From: Rhizophagus irregularis
Lineage: Eukaryota
Assembly: GCF_026210795.1 (NCBI RefSeq)
Contig: NC_089431.1
Location: forward strand, 5,642,001 to 5,706,000
DNA length: 64,000 nt
Direction: 5' to 3'
Shown: piece after piece, positions 14,673-26,869 of the stretch
Layout of the letters: each line of letters starts with the position of its first letter
Position numbering within the stretch: the stretch's first letter is position 1
Notes under the pieces: generated by a model
What the model saw: only the letters and a program-made list of their open reading frames with translations
Database searches by the model: none
What the model was told of the DNA's origin: nothing
Position numbers and translations under genes: made by a program

Positions 14673-15939
14673 ATAAAAAGAACTAGAAGGCAACGAAAAT
14701 ACAGTATAATGGTATTAAAAATCTTATTCTAGATCATGTTTGGACATCATGATAAATATCATGATTAATTTTAAAAGGAAATGTCAAATATAAAATAATA
14801 TTGTTGATGGATTTAAAAGCATAAAAATTCAGCCGAAGGCGCAGTAAATTTTCGGCTAACAACACCCAGCCAAAAAAAATTCATGTTGATCTTGAATATT
14901 TTATTGGTTCAACATCTAACTATTTTCGGCTGAATATTTTCGGCTAAATACACTTTTTTTAAATAATAGTGTAGTTAGCCGAAATATCCAAATAGCAAAC
15001 ATTGTTCATGTAACCTCCTAATTCACTTTATTATGGTCAATAGCACCCTCTTCAAATACATAATACATTTGTAAAGTTTAAAATCAATCTAAACTTGTTT
15101 AATTGGCTAAATTAATGATTTTCGAATCCATAATTCTGGCCGAAATTTTCTTAATTCTGGCCTAAAATTGGTTAAATTGAAAATTTCAGGTAAAATTATT
15201 TATATAAAATAATCTCCAAACTAAATATGGAATATATAACTTCTTGTCAGTCTCTAAGTGTTTATTGAAATATTTTTTCAAATGCTTTTTGTTTTTTGAG
15301 TTGGATCTTATCTAAAAATTAGTATATTAAAAATAAAAAAAATAATGCAAAAAACTTGAAATTTGTCAAAGTTAGTGAATATTATAAGACTTTAAATTAA
15401 AACAAAAAATATTTTTGCCATTGTATAATAAAAAAAAAAATAATAATGTACAGTACATATATTCTCAAATACAACTCAAATCCCTTAAAAAATTTTCCTT
15501 TTTTATTTTATTTGTATAATTGTGTTGTTATAGTTTTAATGGTTAAATAAACTATTCATTAATTTAAAGAACAATTAAATATTAAAAAAATTTCTTTTTT
15601 ACAATTAAATTACTAAACATCTAATATTGAAGTATGATTGGACAGAAATAAATGAGTTAAAAATAACAAATATTTTGTAGTTTTATTTAATCAAAAATAA
15701 TGCACTATCCAAAAATAAGTATATAGTAATGTTATGTACTTCTTGTTTCTATAATAAATGAAATTTTGTTATTATTTCATATTGACTGCCATTTGGATAT
15801 TTCGGCTAACTACACTATTATATAAAAAAAAGTGTATATAGCTGAAAATATTCAGCCGAAAATAGTTAGATGTTGAACCAATAAAATATTCAGGATCAAC
15901 ATGAATTTTTTTTCGGCTGGCATGGGTGTTGTTAGCCGA

Positions 15940-17134
15940 TGTAATGCTGTAGCATACCTAGTAAATTTATTAATTGTGGGGCGCAGTATTATATTTAATC
16001 TTAGTATATAAAATTTTAATTTATTTTTAGTTATATTTATAATTGGACCGAAAAGTCATTAAACTATTAGTCAGGTGAATCAAGAATAATTGGACCGAGA
16101 AGTCGTTAAACTATTAGTCACATGATTTAAGGATAATTATTGATTCGAGAGATATAGGATTAAGTAGATCATTACGTAAAGGGTATTACAAATCATAATT
16201 AAGAAGTTAATGACAATCTCATGGAAAATAGGAAATTATAAATATTTTGTGGAATTATTTTGAAAAAAATGGAAATACTTTTAAAGTAATGGAATTATTT
16301 TGGGAACTAAAATTAGGGATGGGCGTTAATTAACCATGGTTAATTAACTATGGTTAATTAACCGTTAATTATGTTACTTATAATTAGTTTAAAATGGTTA
16401 ATTAACCGTTACTTTAAATCAACCAATAAAAATGCAGAATTTAAGTCATGTGATTTTAATTATAATTTGATAATTATTGGTAAAAAATGGTATAGTCTGT
16501 GATAGTGATAATAGTACTATACTTGAATTTGAATCAAATGTAATAAGTTTAGATGATGAAGAATAAATAAAATATATAAGATTTATTATAATCATTTTAA
16601 TAAATAAATAAATTTTATTGTTTTATTTTATTATTTATAAAAAATTAATATATTAGTTAACTATAGGTTAATTAACCGTTAATTAACCGTTAATTAACCA
16701 GTTAATTAACCAAATTTATAATTAACCGTTACTTTCCCATCCCTAACTAAAATCCATGAAGTAAATTATGAATTTGGTGAAACATAAACAAGTTTAAATA
16801 GACGTAATATTTTGGTTTCCTGAAAAACAAGTGATAATTTCAAACTTTAAGAAATAAAAATGGTTAAGTATTCTAAATTCACCCTAATAATAATAATACG
16901 AATCTTTTAGCATTTTTCTTATGATGAAAAATTGCCACATTAAGTAAATTAATGGAATTAAAGGTTACTAATATGGGAAATTATCGCACTTTGAAATTTT
17001 AATATAATTAATTCATCTATTATTTAACAGTATTAAACCGAGCATATTATCGTATTTATTTATATTATTAATAAAGAGTTATTTTGTTAATACCTATGGT
17101 GGCAACGTGATTTATCACGGGCATAGGTGTTACA
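15940..17134. mobile_element. TGTAA...TTACA element with 4-bp TSD CCGA (solo LTR or Ginger-like)
   Basis: CCGA at 15936-15939 and 17135-17138, with TG..CA termini. Internal ~35-bp direct repeat (ataattggaccga.aagtc.ttaaactattagtca) near 16040 and 16087. Confidence 0.75.
16314..16745. mobile_element. hAT-type MITE with 8-bp TSD
   Basis: TIR TAGGGATGGG...CCCATCCCTA. TSD ACTAAAAT at 16306-16313 and 16746-16753. Subterminal GTTAATTAAC repeats. Confidence 0.88.
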
Positions 17135-17188
17135 CCGAAAATTTACTGCGCCTTCGGCTGAATTTTCGGCTAACTACACCATTATTTC

Positions 17189-17420
17189 TTGGATTTATAT
17201 AATAGTAAAGGTTTTGGTAAATATTCTGCTAAAGTTAGTGATTTGTGAAATTTTAGTAAAGAAAAGGAAAATTGATTAATTTAATAGATATATAAATGTT
17301 ATAATTTGGAAAAATATTTAATATTTTTACTTTATTATTATAGTAATTGTAAAAAAAAAATACGTGTACGTATACCCCATCAAAAAGTTCAAGTTTCACG
17401 CCAAGTTATATTTATTAAAG
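17189..17420 (+). pseudogene. Duplicated 3' end and 3' flank of the oxidoreductase gene
   Basis: ttggatttatataatagtaaaggttttggtaaatattctg.taaagttagtgatttgtga matches 6759-6818 and continues into the downstream flank. Confidence 0.85.
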
Positions 17421-18468
17421 AATAAATTTATGCTCTCAAAAACAAGTTTTTCACCTTTATACTTCCTTATATTTTATATGTATTTTATAAATTCTTTTTA
17501 TCTTTTTTATTTTCCCTATAAAAAAGGTTTGTGCTAAATTTGTGCCAAATGGGCTAATTATACAACATTTATTCGAAATTTGTACTAAAAAATAATATAA
17601 AATTTGAACAAATTCTAAACAAATATCGTATGATTAACCCATTTAGCACTAAGAAGTAACTTTATGAAAAATTATTGAAATTGTTTTTCCTGATTTTTTC
17701 TTATAACGAAACAAAACTCATAATTACAGTTAATATCATTTCTATACTAGTTCCACTTCAGCTGTGTGATGTGTTGAATAAATTATATTGTTGATAAGCA
17801 ATCACCCATTATTGTAAATTTGGTTCCAATGTCAAACGTTAAATGACTGAAATTTTTCAAAAGTCGATATCAACAAAGTTTATTAGTATATCATGTGATA
17901 TAATAAATTGACTCAAGCTGCTTAGTCACACGATCTGGTACAAAACTTTCTGATGCTTTGAGAACTTGAAATCGACTGAGACTTCAAGAAATTTACCTCA
18001 TATTTCTCTCTCAACATTATTCAAATGTTCAAGCAATAAATAAATAGCAATTAATAAACAAAGTATCATAGTCATAGTGCAAAGAAAAAATTCAGAATTT
18101 GTTGCATTTGTTTTATCAAAGACATCTTCAGTACAGCAATTTTTGATGGGTGCTATAAGCTAATTTAGCTGTTTTCATTTAGCACAAGTGAGTTTGAATT
18201 CATTTTTATTACTCACAATTCCATATATAACTACAAAAAATTTATTAAGATATTTTGTCACAGACTTACAGTTTAGAAAAATTAATTACTGATTTTATAG
18301 GATTAAATAAATTTTTATAATGCAAAATTAAAATTACTGTTATATTAAAAAGAAAAATAAATAGTAAAATTATTCAGGCAATTTGAATAAAAATAGTTAT
18401 TAATAATTTAATAGCAGAAATTAACTAGTAATATTTAAATTGCAAATATGAAATCATATTAAAAAAAT

Positions 18469-18755
18469 GGATAAATCTAATTGTAACAGCCTGTTACGCG
18501 TCTTATTTGTAACAACCCCCAATTTTATCCAATTAAAATTTAAGATCGGGCGTAATGTAAACAAAAACAAAAGATCAGTCGTGTGTAACTAAGACAAAAG
18601 AATTTTTTAAAAAATTTCAAGAAACTGCTTATAACTTAAAATTTTGTCTATGAAACATTTGTGAAACACATATTAAATTTATTATTAAAAAAAAATAAAA
18701 AAAGGATGTTACAAATAAGATATGTAACAGCAGGCTGTTACAAATACATTTTTTC
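18469..18755. mobile_element. Mutator-like MITE with 9-bp TSD
   Basis: Arms TTGTAACAGCCTG / CAGGCTGTTACAA. TSD TAAAAAAAT at 18460-18468 and 18756-18764. The paralogous site near 21200 is empty. Confidence 0.72.
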
Positions 18756-18766
18756 TAAAAAAATTA

Positions 18767-19881
18767 CTATAACTTATTTTCATATTCTTCATATAATTTA
18801 AATGCTTTAATTTCATCTTTTTCAGTTCCTACTCCATTTTCATAACAATATCCAAGATCATATAGTGAGTAAATATGGTCTCTTTCTACTAATTCCTTAT
18901 ATAATGCAAATGCCTTAATTTCATCTTTATTGGTTCCTATTCCATATTGATAACATTCTCCAAGATTATTCATTGAAGTAATATGACCATTTTCAGCTGC
19001 TTTTATATATAATTTAAATGCTTTGGTTTCATCTTTTTCAGTTCCTATTCCATGTTGGTAACAATAACCAAGATCATTCATTGAATCAGAATATCCTTTC
19101 TCAGCTGCTTGTTTATATAATTCAAATGCTTTGATTTCATTCTTCTTGGTTCCAATTCCATAAAAGTAGTGTTCGCCAAGTTGATATATTGACTGAATAA
19201 TACCTTTTTCAGCTGCTTTCTTGTATAATTCAAATGCTTTAGTTTCATCTTTTTCAGTTCCTATTCCATTTTTGTAACAATATCCAAGATTTAGTATTAC
19301 ATAAATTTCATCCTTTTCAGCTGCTTCTTTGTATAAATCAAATGCTTTAGTTTCATCTTTTTCAGTTCCTATTCCATTTTGATAACAATATCCAAGATTA
19401 TTTACTGCTTCAATATCAACCTTTTCCAGCTGCTTCTTTGAATAATTTAAATGCTTTAGTTTCATCTTTTTCAGTTCCTATTCCATTTCTATAACAATAT
19501 CCAAGATTTAGTATTGCATTAATTTCATCCTTTTCAGCTGCTTCTTTGTATAATTCAAATGCTTTAGTTTCATCCTTTTCAGTTCCTATTCCATTAAAAT
19601 AACAATATCCAAGATCATTTATCGCTTTAATATGACCTTTTTCAGATGCTTCCTTATATAATTCAAATGTTTTAGTTTCATTTTTTTCAGTTCCTATTCC
19701 ATTTTGATAACAATATCCAAGATTATTTATTGCATTAGTATCACCTTTTTCAGCTGCTTCTTTGTATAATTCAAATGTTTTAATTTCGTCTTTTTCAGTT
19801 CCTATTCCATTAAAATAACAATTTCCAGGATTATTTATTGCTATAATATCACCTTTTTCAGCTGCTTCTTTGTATAATTCA
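18767..19881 (-). pseudogene. Kinase-Sel1 copy 2: orphan 3' Sel1 array (~10 repeats), frameshifted, no kinase
   Basis: Two overlapping ORFs with a +1 shift near 19418. Same YENKL* cap as copy 1. The 5' side is cut at ~19881 by a TE-like fragment ending GATAGGG (20092). Confidence 0.85.
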
Positions 19882-21211
19882 TCATATCTCTGATACATAT
19901 TTGGCATATAATAGTCATATAATTTTAACATTCAAAATAATATTTTTACCATGTCTCTAACATATAGTTACTATATAAAAATCAGATTTTTATATTATAT
20001 GTTCAACATATTGTCAACATATAGATAACATAAATATCATATGTCTGGTATATTTTAAAAATATCGCTAACATATTTTTTATATTGATAGGGTTTCTGCA
20101 AAGTTTATTAAAGAATAAATTTATGCTCCCAAAAACAAGTTTTGCACCTTTATACTTCCTTATATTTTATATATATCTTATAAATCCTTTTTATCTTTTT
20201 TATTTTCCCTATAAAAAAGGTTTGTGCTAAATTTGTGCCAAACGGGCTAATTATACAACATTTATTCGAAATTTGTACTAAAAAATAATATAAAATTTGA
20301 ACAAATTCTAAACAAATATCGTATGATTAACCCATTTAGCACTAAGAAGTTACTTTATGAAAAATTATTGAAATTGTTTTTCCTGATTTTTTCTTATAAC
20401 GAAACAAAACTCATAATTAGAGTTAATATCATTTCTATACTAGTTTTACTCTTGAGTAATCATGGCGCAGTGTTAAATAAATTTATATTGTTGATAAGAT
20501 TATTGTACCATTTGTAAAATTTGGCTCCCATGTCAAACGTTAATATAAATGAATGAAATTTTTCAAAAGTCGACATCGAAAACGTTTATTATATCATGTG
20601 ATATAATAAATTGACTCAGTTGCTTAGTCACACGATCTGGTATAAAGTTTTCTGATGCTTTGTGAACTTGAAATTGACCGAGACTTTTTAGAAATTGATC
20701 TTTATGAAATTCATGTTTCTCTCCCAAATTTAATTGTTCAAGCAACAAATAAATAGCAAATAATAAACAAGTATTATAGTCATAATGTAATTTACTGCAG
20801 CAATTTTTGATGATGCTATAAATTAATTTAGCTGTTTTTCGTAAGTGAGTTTGTAAAATTTGCAATTATTAAATTTATCTTCACCACAAAAATTTTAGTA
20901 AATTAAAAAATTAATTTTATATACCAAAATGAAATGTAACTACAAAAAAATTATTAAGCTGTTTGTCACAGGCTTTAGTTACAGTTTAGAAGAGTTAATT
21001 ACTGGTTTTATTTGAAAGGATTAATTGATACAGTAATAATTAAAAAATTTCATAATACAAAATTTTACTAGTATTACAGTTATAAAAAGAAAAATAAATA
21101 GTAAAAATTATTCAGGCAATTTGAATAAAATAGTTATTAATCATTTAATAGCAGAAATTAACTATATTTAAACCGTACAGTATACATATGAAATCCTATT
21201 AAAAAAAATTA

Positions 21212-21562
21212 CTATAACTTATTTTCATATTCTTTATATAATTTAAATGCTTTATTTTCATCTTTTTCAGTTCCTACTCCATTTTCATAACAATATCCAA
21301 GATCATATAATGAGTAAATATGGCCTCTTTCTACTAATTCCTTATATAATGCAAATGCCTTAATTTCATCTTTATTGGTTCCTATTCCATATTGATAACA
21401 TTCTCCAAGATTATTCATTGAAGTAATATGACCATTTTCAGCTGCTAGTTTATATAATAAAAATGCTTTAGTTTCATCTTTTTCAGTTCCTATTCCATGT
21501 TGGTAGCAATAATCAAGATCATTCATTGAATCAGAATATCCTTTCTCAGCTGCTTCTTTATA
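21212..21562 (-). pseudogene. Kinase-Sel1 copy 3: orphan terminal 3 Sel1 repeats
   Basis: YSDSMNDL../HITSMNNL../HIYSLYDL..YENKL*. The flank 20103-21211 parallels 17410-18766. Truncated at 21562. Confidence 0.85.
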
Positions 21563-22225
21563 TGCCGGTAGGTAGCAAGTAAGTAACGGAAATTGGCTAA
21601 GTAAGTAACGTAAAATTACTATTTTGGGTCAATTTACGTTACTCCCCTTATATAAGGCACGGAACGTAAAGTCAATTATATTTACTTTACGTTACTCCCC
21701 TTACTAATATAAACTTTGATTTATAGGATGCCTTGTGGAGCCTCAACACTTTTGATTCAATTAGTATCTCAAAATGGGTTATATAAAGTACTAACATCAT
21801 CTGGGTTTTTCCAAATATTTCATCGGCTGATGGCTGATTTTTTAACTTAGCTAATTTTTGATTGGCTAAACTTAAAATTTTATTGCGAAGATATTTTTTT
21901 AAAATTTTTTTGCAGACATATTTATTCAAAATAATTTTATTTAATGAAATTTTATTTGCAAATATTAAAATTTAAGTCCCACATTTTCGATTTTAAAGAA
22001 AAAATTAAAATTTACTGTATTTATTTTTAATGAATTGATACAAATAAAAAATACTGTAATAACAATAAATAAAAAAGATAAGTAAATTACAATGATCAAG
22101 GAGAAAGATGCTAATAAAAAAAATGAAATAACAATGGAGTAATGGAAAGTAATAGAGGAAGAAAGGGAGTAAAAAAGAGTAATGAGAAGTGATAGAAAAC
22201 AAAAAGGAGAAATAATGATGGATGA

Positions 22226-22385
22226 TGAAAAAGAGTGATGGGAGACGAAAAGAAGTGATGGGAAGATGAAGAGGAGTGATGGGAGACAAAAAGAAGTGAT
22301 GGGAGACAAAAAGAAATGACGGGAGACGAAAAGGAGTGATGGGAGACGAAAAGAAGTGATGGAGACAAAAAGAAATGATGGGAAG
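22226..22385 (+). repeat. Purine-rich 20-bp minisatellite (~8 units of RAAAAGAAGTGATGGGAGAC)
   Basis: Directly visible tandem units, with more degenerate copies either side. Confidence 0.85.
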
Positions 22386-23059
22386 TAAACAGGAGAGATG
22401 GAAAATGAAAAGATGTAATAGAAATAATGAGAGACGAATAATGAGAAGTAATATGAGGTGAAAAATGATGAGAAACAAAAAATAAAAAAAAGATCATGAT
22501 AGGGGGTTGGGTAATGATAGGAAACCAAGTAAAAAATAAAAAACAAATAATAAAGTAAAAAAAAATGAAATTAGTAAGAAACGAAATATAAGATAAAAAC
22601 GAAATAAAAAATAAATAAAAAATAGAAAAAAGCATACCTTTATTAATTTTAGAACTAAAAGAACTAAAATATCTAAAAAAAAAATGAAATAAAATTAGTG
22701 AAAAACGAAATATGAAACAGAAACCTACTTTGACTTTTAAGTAAAGTCGTAGAGCAGGAAAAAATACGCATAGTACGTGCTCTTTAAAAGCTCCATAATA
22801 GGTACATAAAGTTACGCCATATTTATTCAAAAATCAGAAAATTTAACGATGTCACGTGATAAGAAATGATCGATGCATAAAATTTAGATATGGTGCTATG
22901 TAAAAAAAAAATTAATAGAAAATTCATTCTTTCAACCGGATAATTTTCATCCGGATTATAAACCGGATGAAACCCGTGAAATCCGGATATCCGAAAGAAA
23001 AAAAAATCCGGATCAATCAAGGTTGGTCCAGATATGGGTCGAAGTACTACTTATCAATT

Positions 23060-23087
23060 CTGTTGCAATGCAACAGGTTGCAGCTAG
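23060..23087 (+). mobile_element. Helitron-type 3' terminus
   Basis: Hairpin CTGTTGC-AAT-GCAACAG, a short spacer, then CTAG followed by T. Resembles a CpG-decayed CCGTTGCAACGCA.CGGG...CTAG end. Confidence 0.6.
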
Positions 23088-23130
23088 TAGTTAAATAATT
23101 AAAATAAAATATTTCATTAGTATTATTATT

Positions 23131-23850
23131 TATGGGAGTTGGGAATAATAGGGGTTTTTCTCCAATGAAAAAAATTTTCCTCACACGAAATAAATTAGTA
23201 ATTTCCAGAAGCATACATTAAATATAAATGTGTGATTTTTAATTCTTTTTATAATGCATTTTAAACAGTGCTTGTAAAATTAGAGATTTCTGGTTATTTA
23301 TAAACATAGTTAGTTGTTTGCAAAAAATTTAGTATGAAAATCATGAGTGACAATTAGTGCTATGATTTATAATTTAGTACGCTATATTGGTAGTACTTTT
23401 AATAATATTTTAAAACGCACTAAAATACAAAGTTATTTGTATTCTTTAATATTTAACAATTCTTGAATCAAAAAATTGCGAAAGTATATGCTTTACAATT
23501 TCACTTTTTTAATTAGTACAATCCCGTTAGTATGTCAAAATATTATCTACCCAATCACAAATTAAATATATCTCAAATTATTATGACGTCACTGGACAAT
23601 CAAAAAATAATAAATATTATCCTAACGTTGCTAATAGTCCTTTTTAAAATTAATACTGCCTCTTCTACATTGATTATTGCTTCCCTTTTAACCTCACCCG
23701 TCTCCAGGCCCCTGAAAACATCGAAAAAAAATGTCCAGAAAACATTTGAATGACCAAATTTACTTCACACTTAGATTGGTTGATTTTCATTTTGATAAAT
23801 GAATATAATTCCCTTTTTCAATGAAACTATAAATATTCTTACAAAATAAA
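23131..23850 (+). repeat. Dispersed duplicated segment (partner at ~28848-29370)
   Basis: Shared blocks tatgggagttgggaataataggg, acccaatcacaa, aatagtccttt and aaatttacttcaca.ttagattg occur in the same order at both sites. Confidence 0.7.
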
Positions 23851-24203
23851 AATTCTATTATATTTTAATTATAAAAATAATAATATAAAGAACAATGTAG
23901 TAGGAAATAATTTTTGCAATCAAATACATTTTGTAATAAAAAATTTAACCATGGTATATAATATAATTGATAAACGATGAAAAATTGAAAAATTCACAGG
24001 ATAATTGATAGATAGGAAAATCCATGTATTTAAATCTAAAATTTCAAAACATTTTGTGGAGTATGAAATTAGTAGTAATTCAGATTAAAATGGTAATTTA
24101 GGTTAAGTTTAATTTGTTTAATTTGAATTTGATAATTCAGATAACCATTCTATCAAATATCATCTTTTTTTGTTGATTTTTATATTATTTTAATTATATC
24201 GAT

Positions 24204-26717
24204 CTCTTTCAGTTCCTATTCCATTTTTATAACAATTTATAAGATTATCTATTGTCTCTTTCAGCTGCCTCTTTGTATAATTCAAATGCTTTAGTTTCAT
24301 CTTTTTCAGTTCCTATTCCATTTTGATAACAAGTTCCAAGATTTCTCAATGCATGAATAACACCTTTTTCAGCTGCTTCTTTGTATAATTCAAATGCTTT
24401 AGTTTCATCTTTTTCAGTTCCTATTCCATTAAGATAATAATATCCAAGATTATTTATTGCTATAGTGTTGCCTTTTTCAGCTGCTTCTTTGTATAATTCA
24501 AATGCTTTAATTTCATCTTTTTCAGTTACTATTCCATAAAAATAATAATTCCCAAGATTTCCCAATGCAAAAATGTTGCCTTTTTCAGCTGCTTCTTTGT
24601 ATAATTCAAATGCTTTAGTTTCATCTTTTTCAGTTCCTATTCCATTTTGATAACAATTTCCAAGATTTAGTATTGCACCAATTTGACCCTTTTCAGCTAT
24701 TTCTTTGTATAATTTAAATGCTTTGGTTCCATCTTTTTCAGTTCCTATTCCATAAAAATAACAATCTCCAAGATTTCCCAATGCAAAAATGTTGCCTTTT
24801 TCAGCTGCTTCTTTGTATAATTCAAATGCTTTAGTTTCATCTTTTTCAGTTCCTATTCCATTTTGATAACAATTTCCAAGATTTAGTATTGCATCGACTT
24901 GACCCCTTTTCAGCTGCTTCTTTGTATAATTTAAATGCTTTATTTTCATCTTTTACAATTCCTATTCCATAAAAATAACAATTCCCAAGATTTCCCAATG
25001 CAAAAATGTTGCCTTTTTCAGCTGCTTCTTTGTATAATTCGAATGCTTTATTTTCATCTTTTTCAGTTCCTATTCCATTTTCATAACAATTTCCAAGATT
25101 ATTTGTTGCACTAGTACTGCCTTTTTCAGCTACTTCTCTGTATAATTCAAATGCTTTGGTTTCATCTTTTTCAGTTCCTATTCCATTTCTATAGCAATAT
25201 CCAAGATTTAGTATTGCGTCAATTTGACCCTTTTCAGCTACTTCTTTGTATATTTCAAATGCTTTGGTTTCATTTTTTTTAGTTCCTATTCCATTTTGAT
25301 AATAATATCCAAGATTTAGTATTGCATCAATTTGACCCTTTTCAGCTGCTTCTTTGTATAATTCAAATGCTTTAGTTTCATCTTTTTCAATTCCTATTCC
25401 ATTTTGATAACAATTTCCAAGATCCTTTATGGCCATAATATCACCTTTTTCAGCTGCTTCTTTGTATAATTCAAATGCTTTAGTTTCATTTGTATTCAAT
25501 TTGATTGATTTAAGGTCAGAAAATACTTTTTGCATGTCTGGTCTATCATCTGAATTATTTTGCCAACATTCTAAATATATTGGAATTAAAGTTAAATTAG
25601 TTTATACTAATAAATTAAATACAAGATACTGAAATTAATAGTTATATATACTTATATAAATATTAATGTAATCAATTGGTGTATTAGGAATTGGTGATTC
25701 TCTTTTTCCATTTATAATTTCCATTATTAATTTTGGTTTTTGATAAAATTTATCATAAGATTTGAACGGCTTTTGACCAGATGATATCTCCCATAGAAGT
25801 ACTCCAACACTATACACATCTGATTTTTTACTTGGTTTATAGTGGTAACCATTAGTATCATTTTTTGTTTGCTCTTGAAAATGTTGTGGATCAATATAAG
25901 GTACTATTCCAAGAATATCTTTTTGAGTTGATACTTCAGCCAATCTACGTGAAAGTCCAAAGTCTGCTAATTTTATTGTATTCTGGTGGATGAGTATATT
26001 ATCTGAGTGCTATTTTATAAAAGAAATCAAATTAATACATATTTAAATAAAAATCGTGGTTAACAAAATACATACTAGATCACAATGAATGATATCATTT
26101 TGGTGTATACATGATACTGCATCAGCAATTTGAATAGCAAACTGCAATTTCATTTTCCAATCTAATTTATCAAAATTGACTTTTAAATAATTTCCCAATG
26201 TCCCACTATCTGCACATTCAAGAATAAGTAAATAATTTGACTCTATATTATCTTCATTATCTAAATTAAAAAATAAGGGTAAATTTAGTAGTTTATCAAT
26301 AAATTTGATTTTTATTAAATAAAAATCAGCATCATTAATACCTACTTTTTCTTTCGGTAATACCAAAGAATTTAATAATGTTTGTATGAAAACTAACTCT
26401 GTGTAATAATTTTATCTATGTATAAAAAAAAATTTTTATTTAGCAAAATATCAAGAGTTGACAAGATTTAAACAAAATGTTATGTACCTCATTAATAATT
26501 TCTTTCATAATAAGACTATTATTGCTGAAAGATTTTAATGCAACAACAGTATTTGAATTCTTCCAAGTAGCTTGGCGTATGTTGCTAAATGCCCACAGCC
26601 GATAACTTTAACATTATTAAATTCGGTATAATCGTAGTAATTAATGTAGCCTTTAGTAATACCATCCTTAAACCATTGAATCTGTTTGTCTATATTTTTA
26701 TTGGAACTTCCTTCCAT
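24204..26717 (-). pseudogene. Kinase-Sel1 copy 4 (kinase + ~12 Sel1 repeats), frameshifted and 3'-truncated
   Basis: Same exon layout as copy 1, with HCDLHSDN. A -1 at ~26592 (GGG vs GGGG in the Gly-rich loop) and a +1 at ~24903. Lacks the YENKL cap. Confidence 0.85.
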
Positions 26718-26869
26718 ATTTTCTATAAGAATAGTTAAATATGACGATAACGAACAATACGAGTATACTACTTTATTATGCATTTATGTACTACCTGATA
26801 TACATGAATGGAGTGTTTCACATAAAGATACGAATCATGTGATCGACTTATAAGGTGAAGTAAATATAA

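Larger units (their letters stand above)
14824..17180. mobile_element. Long-TIR (foldback) element, outer member of a nested stack
   Basis: 14824-14998 is the reverse complement of 15787-15939 joined to 17135-17170. The right arm is split by an insertion and the left terminus is eroded. Confidence 0.7.

Noticed and set aside
20563..20865. 100-aa ORF in the duplicated flank
   Set aside because: The sister copy at ~17860-18200 has indels and no equivalent ORF, and no domain was recognised.
21965..22830. Three overlapping Phe/Ser/Leu-rich ORFs
   Set aside because: They are by-products of the pyrimidine-rich strand of the minisatellite and A-rich sequence.
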